Assembly (NCBI GenBank): GCA_023474425.1
Contig: JAMCXX010000002.1
Coordinates: 68,217-132,216, forward strand
Length of the DNA: 64,000 nt
Origin: Patescibacteria group bacterium
GTDB taxonomy: Bacteria > Patescibacteriota > WWE3 > JAMCXX01
Direction of reading: 5' to 3'
Position numbers and translations under genes: made by a program. Positions within the stretch are counted from its first letter, which is position 1. The number at the start of each line of letters is the position of its first letter. Below are positions 54,942-63,565 of this stretch, piece after piece. A model generated the notes under the pieces. That model was not told the origin of the DNA, did no database searches, and saw only the letters and a list, made by a program, of their open reading frames with translations.

Positions 54942-55673
54942 TTATTTTGAGGATTTTCCGATTTCGACAATCAGAGAACGGAGAAATTTAAAGAGCGGCA
55001 GAACCTTTTTATAAACCATCCGCCGCGGGCCAATGACGCCAAATCTTAACGGTTTCTTACTATCCGCCACTTCGGTAAAAACCAAGCAAACCGGCAAAAG
55101 ATTGGGGTTGCCCAGCTCTTCGCCCATCAAAATGTGTATTTCCCTGTCGGCCGTAGCCTTATTAAGAATTCCGCCCAAAATGTCTTCGTGATCCAAAAGG
55201 TTAAGTACGGCCCGGGTCACCTCAATGTCGAAAAATTCCGGATGATTTAAAACATTGACGGCGCCGGAGTGAAGAACATACTCGTCTCCAGTAGAAACAA
55301 AAGATAAGTAACCGGTATTTTCGGACAAAGTCAGAGCCAACTTACCCAAAAGTTTTTCCGTCTCAAACCGGTCCGCCCAGAGGCGCTGCTTAACGGCCAC
55401 TTCGGTGAGTACCGGCATAACCTCCTCCTCCATGAGGGAATCCAGATAGAGTCGCAGTCCAAGGGGTGTGGGCACCCGCCCCGAGGAGCTGTGGGTTTTG
55501 GCGACCAGTCCTTTTTCAATTAACTTGACCATCTCGTTCCTTACCGTCGCCGCCGAAACTTTAAGGCCGTGCTTTTTGACCATCTCCACCGAGCCTACCG
55601 GCTTGGCCGAGTTAATGTAGTCCTCAATGACAATTTTTAAAAGGTCTGTTTGCCGTGAAGTTGGTTGTTCCAT
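54942..55673 (-). CDS. hrcA: Heat-inducible transcription repressor HrcA (short form)
   Basis: Contains SRQTDLLKIVIEDYINSAKPVGSVEMV...SAATVRNEMVKLIEKGLVAKTHSSSGRVPT. ATG at 55673; the tracked TTG at 55682 is less likely. Confidence 0.88.
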   Translation of the reverse strand: MEQPTSRQTDLLKIVIEDYINSAKPVGSVEMVKKHGLKVSAATVRNEMVKLIEKGLVAKTHSSSGRVPTPLGLRLYLDSLMEEEVMPVLTEVAVKQRLWADRFETEKLLGKLALTLSENTGYLSFVSTGDEYVLHSGAVNVLNHPEFFDIEVTRAVLNLLDHEDILGGILNKATADREIHILMGEELGNPNLLPVCLVFTEVADSKKPLRFGVIGPRRMVYKKVLPLFKFLRSLIVEIGKSSK

Positions 55674-55682
55674 CCTTAGCAA

Positions 55683-55710
55683 TCTATAACACCTTCTGAC
55701 AGCTTGTCAA
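55683..55710 (-). promoter_or_regulatory. Sigma70-like promoter abutting hrcA
   Basis: On the minus strand, TTGACA (55710-55705), 16 nt, TATAGA (55688-55683), then 9 nt to the ATG at 55673. Confidence 0.5.
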
Positions 55711-55744
55711 TAGATGTGGGGTATCATAATTAGTTGCCTTACCG

Positions 55745-55888
55745 TACAAAAATGCCGTGCGACCCGCCTGCCAGAGCTAATTCCCGGAAAGCTTATCTAA
55801 CCATAAGAGAAAAACAATTGACCAGATCTAATTTGATTTGGGGTTTAGGCATAGCGGGCAGGTCGCATGGTAAAAAAATGTAATTAGG
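55745..55888 (+). repeat. Conserved structured intergenic element, copy 2 (core 55756-55868)
   Basis: Same orientation and architecture as 31653-31792. Lies between lepA and the hrcA promoter. Confidence 0.7.
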
Positions 55889-55924
55889 TTCTGCGCTGAT
55901 TTGGCTAAATTCCAGATATATCTA

Positions 55925-57775
55925 TCAACTAACCTTTAGCAACTTGGTAAAAACTTCCTTGGGGATATCTATTTTGCCAAACCTTTTGAGTCTCTCCTTG
56001 CCTCTCTTTTGTTTTTCCAAAAGTTTGTCTTTGCGCTCGCGGTGGCCTCCGCTCATCTTGGCCAAAACATTTTTACGCATGGCTGGGATATCCTCACGGG
56101 CAACGATCTTTCCGCCAACGGCGGCCTGAATAGCCACAGGAAACTGCTGGCGCGGCAGGAGATCTTTGAGCTTAGCCGTAACAGCTTTGCCCAATTTTTG
56201 GGCCTTTTCTTTTACGACTATTTGAGACAGAGGATCAACCGGCTCACCCGCCACCAAAATATCCAAACGACAGACCTCGGCCGGACGAAACTCCAAAAAT
56301 TCGTAATCCAGGGAAGCATAACCCGATGTAGTAGATTTGAGCTTGTCATAAAAGTCATAAAGCATTTCCGAAAGAGGCATTTGGTAAGTAACCTTCACCG
56401 AGCTGCCCAAGTATTCGGTACCAAAAGGAACTCCCCGATATTCCTGACAAAGATTCAAAACAGTCCCAAGATAAGCTCCGGGAACGAAAATAGAAACTCT
56501 TAACCACGGTTCACTAATTTTTTGCTGGCCGTAAATAACCGGAAGATTGGAAGCGGAATTTATTAGGATTTTTTCCCCTGCTTCCTTTTCCAAGAGGTAG
56601 GGTACGGATGGAAGGGTTGTAATCAAGTCCATTTTGTATTCGCGCTCTAACCTCTCGCGAATAATGTCAGAATGCAAAAAACCTAAGAAACCGCAGCGAA
56701 AACCGTTACCGAGGGCTTTGGACGACTCCGGTTCAAATGTAATACTGCTATCGGTGAGATATATTTTTTCCAGGGCCGTTCGAAGCTTCAGGAAGTCTCC
56801 CCCGTTTAAAGGATAGAAACCCAAATAAACCATTGGCTTTGGCTCCCGATAGCCGGGTAGCGGGGCAATTGAAAATTGAGAATTGAGAACTGAGACTTTT
56901 GTGATGGTATCGCCAATCTTAATTTTTCTTAAGTCTTTTACTCCCGTGGCCACATAGCCAACCTCTCCTACCAAAAGACGGTCAACTTTTTCCCTCTTAG
57001 GAGAAAAAACTCCAAGCTCTATGCAGGCCGCCCGGAAATTATTTGAAAGAAAAAGAAGGTCATCGCCAATGTTGAGCTCGCCGTCAAATACCCGAACAAA
57101 GGCCAGAGCGCCCAGGTGTTCGTCGTAGACGGAATCAAAAATAAGCGCGCGCAGGTTGTGGTTATCCATCGAAGCGGGCGGCGGAATCTTTCCTAAAATA
57201 CTTCCTAAAAGTCCTTCTACGCCCTCCCCGGTTTTCGCCGACCCAAGAAAAATGTCCTCGGATTTCATACTAAAAGCGTCTTCCAATTCGCGAACAACCT
57301 TTTCGGGCTGCGCGGCAGGAAGATCTGTTTTATTAATAAAAGCGATAATCTTTAACTTCTGTTCCATTGCTTTGTAAACATTGGCCACGGTTTGGGCCTC
57401 AATCCCCTGCGTCGCGTCAACTACCAAAACAGCCCCTTCGCAGGCGGCCAGCGACCGCGAGACCTCGTAACCAAAGTCCACATGCCCGGGCGTGTCAATC
57501 ATGTTGAGCTGATAGTCGGGGGCCCCCAGAAGCTTTAGCGAAGTGGGGTTGTAGTTCATCCTAACAGCCTTAAGCTTTATGGTGATTCCGCGTTCGCGCT
57601 CCAAGTCCATAGAATCCAGAAACTGCTCGCGCATTTCCCGCCTGGTTACGGATCCTGTTAACTCCAAAATACGGTCGGCCAGCGTGGATTTTCCGTGATC
57701 CACATGGGCAATAATACTAAAGTTTCTAATCCTTTCCGGACCGTAAGAGGTAGCGCTTTCATTTGCTTTAGACAT
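55925..57775 (-). CDS. lepA: Elongation factor 4 (LepA)
   Basis: Contains [28 protein letters not shown] and the LepA C-terminal domain. Start at MSKANES (ATG 57775). Confidence 0.95.
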   Translation of the reverse strand: MSKANESATSYGPERIRNFSIIAHVDHGKSTLADRILELTGSVTRREMREQFLDSMDLERERGITIKLKAVRMNYNPTSLKLLGAPDYQLNMIDTPGHVDFGYEVSRSLAACEGAVLVVDATQGIEAQTVANVYKAMEQKLKIIAFINKTDLPAAQPEKVVRELEDAFSMKSEDIFLGSAKTGEGVEGLLGSILGKIPPPASMDNHNLRALIFDSVYDEHLGALAFVRVFDGELNIGDDLLFLSNNFRAACIELGVFSPKREKVDRLLVGEVGYVATGVKDLRKIKIGDTITKVSVLNSQFSIAPLPGYREPKPMVYLGFYPLNGGDFLKLRTALEKIYLTDSSITFEPESSKALGNGFRCGFLGFLHSDIIRERLEREYKMDLITTLPSVPYLLEKEAGEKILINSASNLPVIYGQQKISEPWLRVSIFVPGAYLGTVLNLCQEYRGVPFGTEYLGSSVKVTYQMPLSEMLYDFYDKLKSTTSGYASLDYEFLEFRPAEVCRLDILVAGEPVDPLSQIVVKEKAQKLGKAVTAKLKDLLPRQQFPVAIQAAVGGKIVAREDIPAMRKNVLAKMSGGHRERKDKLLEKQKRGKERLKRFGKIDIPKEVFTKLLKVS

Positions 57776-57823
57776 AAAAATAAACTTTGACACTAAACCG
57801 AAGCGGGAACTATATTTAAGGTA

Positions 57824-58477
57824 ATGAGAAAAATACTGCCGGCTCTTCTTCTGTCCCTGGTCATTCCCGCCCTCTCCGCCGCTTCGGCTTTCGCGGCCGG
57901 TACTTTGAGCCTAACGCCCCAAACCCAGACGGTAAAGGTTGGCGACAATTTCAATGTGACCGTCAAATTTGATACCGGCGGCGAGACAGTCAAGAGTGTT
58001 GCCGCCTCCATAACTTTTCCGGCTTCCCTACTTTCGGTGGCCACGGACGGTATCCAAACTACGGGCACGGCCATAACCAACTGGAAGGAAAGAATCTACA
58101 GCAATCAGTCCGGGACAATTAACTTAACCGGCGACACAGCAACTTCCACTTCCGGAAACGTCTTGGCCACAATTACCTTTACCACCAAGGCCTTAGGCAC
58201 GGCAAGTGTCGCTTTTGATTCTGGCTCCCAAATTCTGCGCACAGCCGACTCAACCAATATTCTGGACTTAAAAACCTCAGCGGGTGGAACCTACACTATC
58301 GCCGCAACTCTTGCCACAACAACAACGACAACAACCGGTACCCAAACGGCCACCACCTCCGGGCAAATTCCCAACAATGTCGGGGACGATACGCCGACAA
58401 AAATCTTTCTTTTCGGCGCGGGCGTTGCGGCTACTCTTGGAATAGTTCTCCTAAGAAGGTCGGGCCAAACCCCCTAA
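57824..58477 (+). CDS. Secreted cohesin-like domain protein with a Thr-rich linker and C-terminal hydrophobic anchor
   Basis: 217 aa with signal peptide MRKILPALLLSLVIPALSAASAFA, a cohesin-like pattern (VKVGDNFNVTVKFDTGGETVKSVAASITFPASLL), a TTTTTT linker, and FLFGAGVAATLGIVLLRRS. Confidence 0.6.
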   Translation: MRKILPALLLSLVIPALSAASAFAAGTLSLTPQTQTVKVGDNFNVTVKFDTGGETVKSVAASITFPASLLSVATDGIQTTGTAITNWKERIYSNQSGTINLTGDTATSTSGNVLATITFTTKALGTASVAFDSGSQILRTADSTNILDLKTSAGGTYTIAATLATTTTTTTGTQTATTSGQIPNNVGDDTPTKIFLFGAGVAATLGIVLLRRSGQTP

Positions 58478-60059
58478 TCCTTAAAATTAATCCCACGAGC
58501 CGCTTTCCCTCATGTAAACCTAAGTAATAGCAAGTCAGCAAATAGGTTAAACCGCCAACCAAGAGAGCTGTGCCGGTTAGAATAATAAGATTCAAAGAAT
58601 AGCGGGTGTCGAATATGGCAAGTCTTTGGTCAAAGAATTTGAGGGTGACCAGAGTAATTAACCCCGAAAGAATTGCTCCCAAAATCATTTTTCCCAACGG
58701 CATTAAAAATTCCGGCCTTAAGAGCTGGGGAAACTTGCGCCATAAAACCAAAAACATAAACAGAAAATCTATTAGGGAAATAATTGAAAAAGACAGACCA
58801 AGACTCCAGACGCCGAAGTGAAAAACTCTTAAGAAAATCAACGAAGCTAAGACCCCGACCAGGAGTGAGATCAAGGCCGAAGCCAGTGGGGTTTTGCTGT
58901 CCTTGTAAGCAAAGAAGGCCCGTGAAAGAAGTGATGTATGGGTTTCGAAAAACATGCCTAAGGCCAGGAAGGAGAGGGTATTAGCTGTCAGAACGGTTGC
59001 CTCCAAATCAAAGCTTTTGGCGCCAAAAAAAATTCGGACAAAGGGAATTCTTAAAACGATAAAAAATCCGACCGCCGGCAGTATTAGAAACGAGATATAG
59101 TTAAAAACCTTCCTGAAAGTTTTTAAAAAATCGGCGGAGCTTTCGGCATTTTGGGATAGAGTCGCGAAACTGGCCTGCGAAAAAGTGGAGCCGAAAAGAA
59201 CCACCGGAATAAGCATAAGCCTTTGGGCAAAACTAAAAATAACCACTGAAGAAGCCGAGAGACTAAGCGAAAGAGTGGTAAAGATAACCAGACCCAGTTG
59301 GTCAACCGTCAGACTCAAAGACCGGGGTACAAACATTCGACCAATCTCGGCCACCAGACTGTCCTTTAAGTTTATGCGGGGCAAGTAGCGGAAGCCGACC
59401 GAAAAAAGCGCCGGCAGCTGAACCAAAAAATGGCAGGCCGCCCCCAAAACCGTGCCCCAGGCTGCCGCCATAATCCCCAAGCGGTGGTAAGTCAGAAGAG
59501 TAAAAACAATAATTACCAGATTGTAGACAACCGGTGGCAGACCAACAATGGTAAAACGATTAAAACTCTGCAGGACACCGGAAGCGAAGGCGCTTAAAAT
59601 AAAAAAGAGCTGGGCCAAAAAAAGCACGCGGGTACACTGGTCCAATAGATTCATCTCCAAAGGTGAGAGATTACCGCCTAAAGAAATCAAACCCGAGATC
59701 GGACGGGAAAAAGGAAAGAAAACCAGTGAGACCAAAACAAAAATTACCAGGGATAAATTAAACAGCGTGGCCGTAATCTCAAAAGCTCTATTTTCTTTAT
59801 TTTGAGACAGAAGCCGGGAAAAAATCGGCACAAAAGAAGCCGAGAGAGCGCCCACGGCCAAGACGCTAAAGACGAGGTTCGGAATCCGGTCCGAAGCCAT
59901 AAAAACGCCCAGGTCGCTCGAAGCCCCGCTAAAAAGTTGGGCAAAAATGCGCAGTTTTAAAACACCCAAAAGATTGGCCAGAAGAAGGGAAATCATTAAA
60001 ACTACGGCGGCCGAGATCGGGGAACTTTCCACCCGATCAAAGATATTTTTAATCTTCAT
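58431..60059 (-). CDS. murJ: Lipid II flippase MurJ
   Basis: Start at MKIKNIF (ATG 60059). Multi-TM protein with N-terminal LGVLKLRIFAQLFSGASSDLGVFMASDRIPNLVFSVLAVGALSASFVPIF matching the MurJ pattern. Confidence 0.82.
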   Translation of the reverse strand: MKIKNIFDRVESSPISAAVVLMISLLLANLLGVLKLRIFAQLFSGASSDLGVFMASDRIPNLVFSVLAVGALSASFVPIFSRLLSQNKENRAFEITATLFNLSLVIFVLVSLVFFPFSRPISGLISLGGNLSPLEMNLLDQCTRVLFLAQLFFILSAFASGVLQSFNRFTIVGLPPVVYNLVIIVFTLLTYHRLGIMAAAWGTVLGAACHFLVQLPALFSVGFRYLPRINLKDSLVAEIGRMFVPRSLSLTVDQLGLVIFTTLSLSLSASSVVIFSFAQRLMLIPVVLFGSTFSQASFATLSQNAESSADFLKTFRKVFNYISFLILPAVGFFIVLRIPFVRIFFGAKSFDLEATVLTANTLSFLALGMFFETHTSLLSRAFFAYKDSKTPLASALISLLVGVLASLIFLRVFHFGVWSLGLSFSIISLIDFLFMFLVLWRKFPQLLRPEFLMPLGKMILGAILSGLITLVTLKFFDQRLAIFDTRYSLNLIILTGTALLVGGLTYLLTCYYLGLHEGKRLVGLILRIRGFGPTFLGELFQE

Positions 60060-60155
60060 AAAAACTCTCCTTGAAATATAACAGATTATTCGCACAAAAT
60101 AACCTTTGCTCAGCATAAATTTGTTTCGGAAATAAAAATCCTGTAAGATAAGGGC

Positions 60156-60377
60156 ATGCCAAACTTAGCTTCGGCCAAGAAAAATTTAAGAAAATCGCGA
60201 AAAACCGCCGGCGGCAACCTTAAGTTTCTTAAAAGCCTAAAAAATTTGGAAAAAGATCCCGACGCCAATCACCAAAAAATTCAGTCACTGCTCGACAAAG
60301 CCGTAAAAAAAGGAATTTTCCACCGAAACAAGGCGTCCCGTCTAAAATCAAAACTATTTAAAAAGCGGTCGGGCTAG
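60156..60377 (+). CDS. rpsT: 30S ribosomal protein S20
   Basis: 73 aa, basic and helical, starting MPNLASAKKNLRKSRK. Confidence 0.85.
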   Translation: MPNLASAKKNLRKSRKTAGGNLKFLKSLKNLEKDPDANHQKIQSLLDKAVKKGIFHRNKASRLKSKLFKKRSG

Positions 60378-60420
60378 TTAGGCGCCCCGCCGCTCACCCG
60401 CCCGACGCTAAAAGCCCTAC

Positions 60421-60954
60421 ATGAAAGAAGGAATCAACCTCGCCAGTTCCTACATTAAACAGAGTCCCCGGGAATTCATTCCGGAAGAAAAGGTCCGCCC
60501 ACCGCTACCCTTTATCCTTCTCCTTGTCTCGACGGCCTTACTCGGTTTGGTCTGTCTTCTAATACTTCTAACGCTTCAGGAAAACGAATTAAGAACGCAA
60601 AAGCAACTGAACCAAACTCTTAAAAGCCTGTCAGATGAAGAAAAACAAGTAAATCTTGTTCTGGAAGTCCAGACCAACCTAAATGGTTTGCAAAACCGCA
60701 AGGCTAGCCTGACTGAGACCGTTGACAACGTTCTCAAAGAAATTCCCGACGATACCCAGCTCACAGACCTCACTGTGTCTCCAAAAAGCGTAAGTCTCTC
60801 GGCTGAAACTCCAAGCGGGGCTTCGTTTGCGCGTCTGATTGATGGTCTGCTCAAATCAAAGGTCTTTAAGGAAATTCTGCTGACCGGCAGCCGTTTTGAC
60901 CAGAAAGCCGGCTTATTTTCTTTTAATCTTATATGTCAAATAACACCTCTCTAA
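60421..60954 (+). CDS. PilN-like type IV pilus assembly protein
   Basis: 177 aa with N-terminal INL motif, one TM helix, a coiled coil and a C-terminal alpha/beta domain. Confidence 0.5.
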   Translation: MKEGINLASSYIKQSPREFIPEEKVRPPLPFILLLVSTALLGLVCLLILLTLQENELRTQKQLNQTLKSLSDEEKQVNLVLEVQTNLNGLQNRKASLTETVDNVLKEIPDDTQLTDLTVSPKSVSLSAETPSGASFARLIDGLLKSKVFKEILLTGSRFDQKAGLFSFNLICQITPL

Positions 60955-61538
60955 TTACCCAAATAATTCATCCTGTAGAACGCCGTTTACGACCGTTTCT
61001 TGAAGATACGTCCTACCGAAAGCTTCGAGGAATGGTAATTCGTGACACACTCCTTGCTACGGAAGCGGTCCTCATAATTTTAATCGGGCAAAACTTTTGG
61101 ATGGGACTAAACCGCCTGCTGTCACTGCGGCAGGAAAATAACACCATCCAGGCGAGAATTAATCTTATTCAAAGCAACTTCCAAACCTTACAAAAGTCTC
61201 CGTCGGACGTTAATGATATACTTGATTCGCTGCCGGACATATCCCAAAACCACAATCTTCTGGATAAATTCGAAACTTTAGCCAGTCAAAATGGAGTCAG
61301 TCTGCTTTCTATAAGCTACGCCGACACATCGAACGTCGGAGGTAGTTTAATTATACAACCTGTCAAGATTAACCTCTCGGGCACCTTTGAGCGGACCCTA
61401 AACTTCATTAGGTCAGCGGAATCCGGAAACCAGCCGATGACGGCCGAACATCTACAATTCTCCTCACCGTCCGTGAGCTCAAACCGGATAAACGTTCAAA
61501 CGGAAGTCAACTTACAAATCTTTTACTCCAAAAATTAA
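60933..61538 (+). CDS. PilO-like type IV pilus assembly protein
   Basis: 201 aa with a TM helix, coiled coil (LSLRQENNTIQARINLIQSNFQTL) and a C-terminal domain. Overlaps the PilN-like gene by 22 nt. Confidence 0.45.
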   Translation: MSNNTSLITQIIHPVERRLRPFLEDTSYRKLRGMVIRDTLLATEAVLIILIGQNFWMGLNRLLSLRQENNTIQARINLIQSNFQTLQKSPSDVNDILDSLPDISQNHNLLDKFETLASQNGVSLLSISYADTSNVGGSLIIQPVKINLSGTFERTLNFIRSAESGNQPMTAEHLQFSSPSVSSNRINVQTEVNLQIFYSKN

Positions 61539-62185
61539 TCAGCAAGGACTGTGTTTACCAAATATTTTTGGCTTTTAAAGCCCGGCGGGTAGCAGGTGAG
61601 CAGAGTTAAACGCGGCTTAACCGAGCGGAAATCGGAAATAATTGCGCTATTATCTATAATACCGTAGTTCTCCACCCGAAAAACAAGTCGCAGACTGCCG
61701 CTGTCAATTTGAAGAAGGTCCCCACGTCTAAGCTCGTCCAGACGGGTGAAAATAGTTTGAAAATTGTTTGGATTAAACAAAAATGGCAGCGAGGAATGAC
61801 CGAATATAACGCTATCACCACGCTGGCCCGGTAGGGGCGTGCCCTTAAGATGGGCCAAAGATTGCGAGAGGGCGTTCAGGTATTCCGGCCGCTGGTTGTC
61901 TACTGGAACTTCGGCTGTAACCTGGGCCCTTACGATTCCCAGCTTCTGAATAGTTAAATAAAAGCTTTTATCGGAGACTGAAGGTTTTTCCTTAAGCCCG
62001 GAAAAAATTGGCCCTACCGTCGGCCGACTAACGTCGGCGTTAGGCTCATCAATAAAATCCCGGGGGTCGAGCTTTGGTTTACCGATTAATCGTGAATAGG
62101 GTAAAACGAATACAACCGCAACAGTGACCGCCGAAAAAAAAATCAGCAGCAAACCCAAATTAAAAAAAATTCTAGTGTGTCTCAT
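61535..62185 (-). CDS. Sortase-family transpeptidase
   Basis: 216 aa with an N-terminal TM anchor, VIFGHS (catalytic His region) and LTLLTCYP (TLxTC catalytic Cys motif). Confidence 0.7.
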   Translation of the reverse strand: MRHTRIFFNLGLLLIFFSAVTVAVVFVLPYSRLIGKPKLDPRDFIDEPNADVSRPTVGPIFSGLKEKPSVSDKSFYLTIQKLGIVRAQVTAEVPVDNQRPEYLNALSQSLAHLKGTPLPGQRGDSVIFGHSSLPFLFNPNNFQTIFTRLDELRRGDLLQIDSGSLRLVFRVENYGIIDNSAIISDFRSVKPRLTLLTCYPPGFKSQKYLVNTVLAD

Positions 62186-62858
62186 AAATCAGGCAAAGAG
62201 CGCTTATAAAGTCAATCGTTTCCGTTTTGAGGCGAACTTCCAAATCGACTAATTCTTTATAAAGACAAAATATAGATTCTTGGGAAAAACGCCTTGTCTC
62301 TTTCTCGGCCAAACGGCGGGAAAACGGCGGAAGTTTTTTTAGACTCTCACAGCCAAGATCCGCCCATACAATCTGGCGAACACGGCGGATTAACATTTGG
62401 GCAAGGAAAATATGATCTCCTGTATCGACGGAAAATCCAATTAGCTTATTAAAGAATTTTGTTTTTGCATCTCCCCGTTTAGGGTCGGCAAAGAACAAAT
62501 CAACTAAGGCAAAGACTTCCTTAGACTGCTTAGAAACAATTTCCTGAAAGCCGGACTTTTTCGCCAAACTTAACCAAACCTGATTTGGAGTGAGCTCCAG
62601 GCCTAGCCAAACAACAACGTCCGTCTCCTTCGGAATCTTTTGTAAAAGACCAAAAAAAGGCTCCGGTTCAATCTTTTTAAATTGCCGGCGGTCAAAAACT
62701 TCTACCACATACAATCCCGGACTATCAAATAGTCTAACATTGAGCTGCGGCAACTGCGGGTCCAGATACATGACCTGATCGGGAGGAAAACGCTGTTTTA
62801 TGCTGTCCAGATTCCGGCGACTGCGTCCAACATCCTCTCCATGCAATATATACTTCAT
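62172..62858 (-). CDS. Probable DNA polymerase III delta subunit (HolA-like), short
   Basis: 228 aa with N-terminus MKYILHGEDVGRSRRNL and a helical C-terminus resembling HolA. Weak assignment by eye. Confidence 0.4.
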   Translation of the reverse strand: MKYILHGEDVGRSRRNLDSIKQRFPPDQVMYLDPQLPQLNVRLFDSPGLYVVEVFDRRQFKKIEPEPFFGLLQKIPKETDVVVWLGLELTPNQVWLSLAKKSGFQEIVSKQSKEVFALVDLFFADPKRGDAKTKFFNKLIGFSVDTGDHIFLAQMLIRRVRQIVWADLGCESLKKLPPFSRRLAEKETRRFSQESIFCLYKELVDLEVRLKTETIDFISALCLIYETH

Positions 62859-62882
62859 ACGGAAAACTGGAAAAAATTAAAT

Positions 62883-63563
62883 TTAAGCCAAAATGATCTC
62901 CGCCATTTTTTTCGCGTCCAGACTAAGGTGGCCAATCAACACTCCGCTAATCTCGGGAGATTTAAAAATTTCTTCTACGTTATTCTCGCTGACGCTGCCT
63001 CCATAAACGAAAGAGAAGGGCCGATTCGCCAATATTTTCCGGGCAACACGATAAAAATCCAAGATTCGTGCCGTCTCTTGAGCTACCTCCCCACCAATAA
63101 AACCGGGGGGTTCAAACGCCAAAGAAAATGATGAAAGCCCGTCGGGCAAATCTAAACTCCGCAGTTCCGACTCGCCGCCGACGCAAACAATCGGTGTCAG
63201 GCTATTCTGATAACAAGCCAAAATTTTCCGGTTAATAACCGTCGGGGTTTCTCCTTCTTCGCGCCGGCGTTCTGAGTGCCCAACCAGAGCAAAATGGGCA
63301 AAAGAAGAAATTTGGCGTGCCGAGATTTCACCGGTGTGGGCGCCGTCCAAAAAGGCGGAAACGTCTTGGGCTCCCAGTTGAATTCCGGGAGACGAAGAAA
63401 GTCTTTCGTAAAGCTGCGGCAGAAAAACGGACGGAGGAAAGATGACAACACGCTGTTTAGACAGGTCACATCCAACCAGAAACTTCTGAAGCTCATCAAT
63501 ATAGGCCAATGATTCGTTGAGTGTTTTATTTTCCTTCCAATTGGCAAAATAAAATCTTTCCAT
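62883..63563 (-). CDS. tpiA: Triosephosphate isomerase
   Basis: 226 aa with ANWKEN, GAHTGEIS, LVGHSERR and YGGS. Confidence 0.9.
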   Translation of the reverse strand: MERFYFANWKENKTLNESLAYIDELQKFLVGCDLSKQRVVIFPPSVFLPQLYERLSSSPGIQLGAQDVSAFLDGAHTGEISARQISSFAHFALVGHSERRREEGETPTVINRKILACYQNSLTPIVCVGGESELRSLDLPDGLSSFSLAFEPPGFIGGEVAQETARILDFYRVARKILANRPFSFVYGGSVSENNVEEIFKSPEISGVLIGHLSLDAKKMAEIILA

Positions 63564-63565
63564 AA

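Noticed and set aside
56861-56900. Short tandem repeat AATTGA(A/G)A x3 (attgaaaattgagaattgagaactgagac).
   Set aside because: It lies in frame inside lepA and encodes ordinary protein sequence (SVLNSQFSIAP). It is too short and isolated to be an array or a regulatory repeat.
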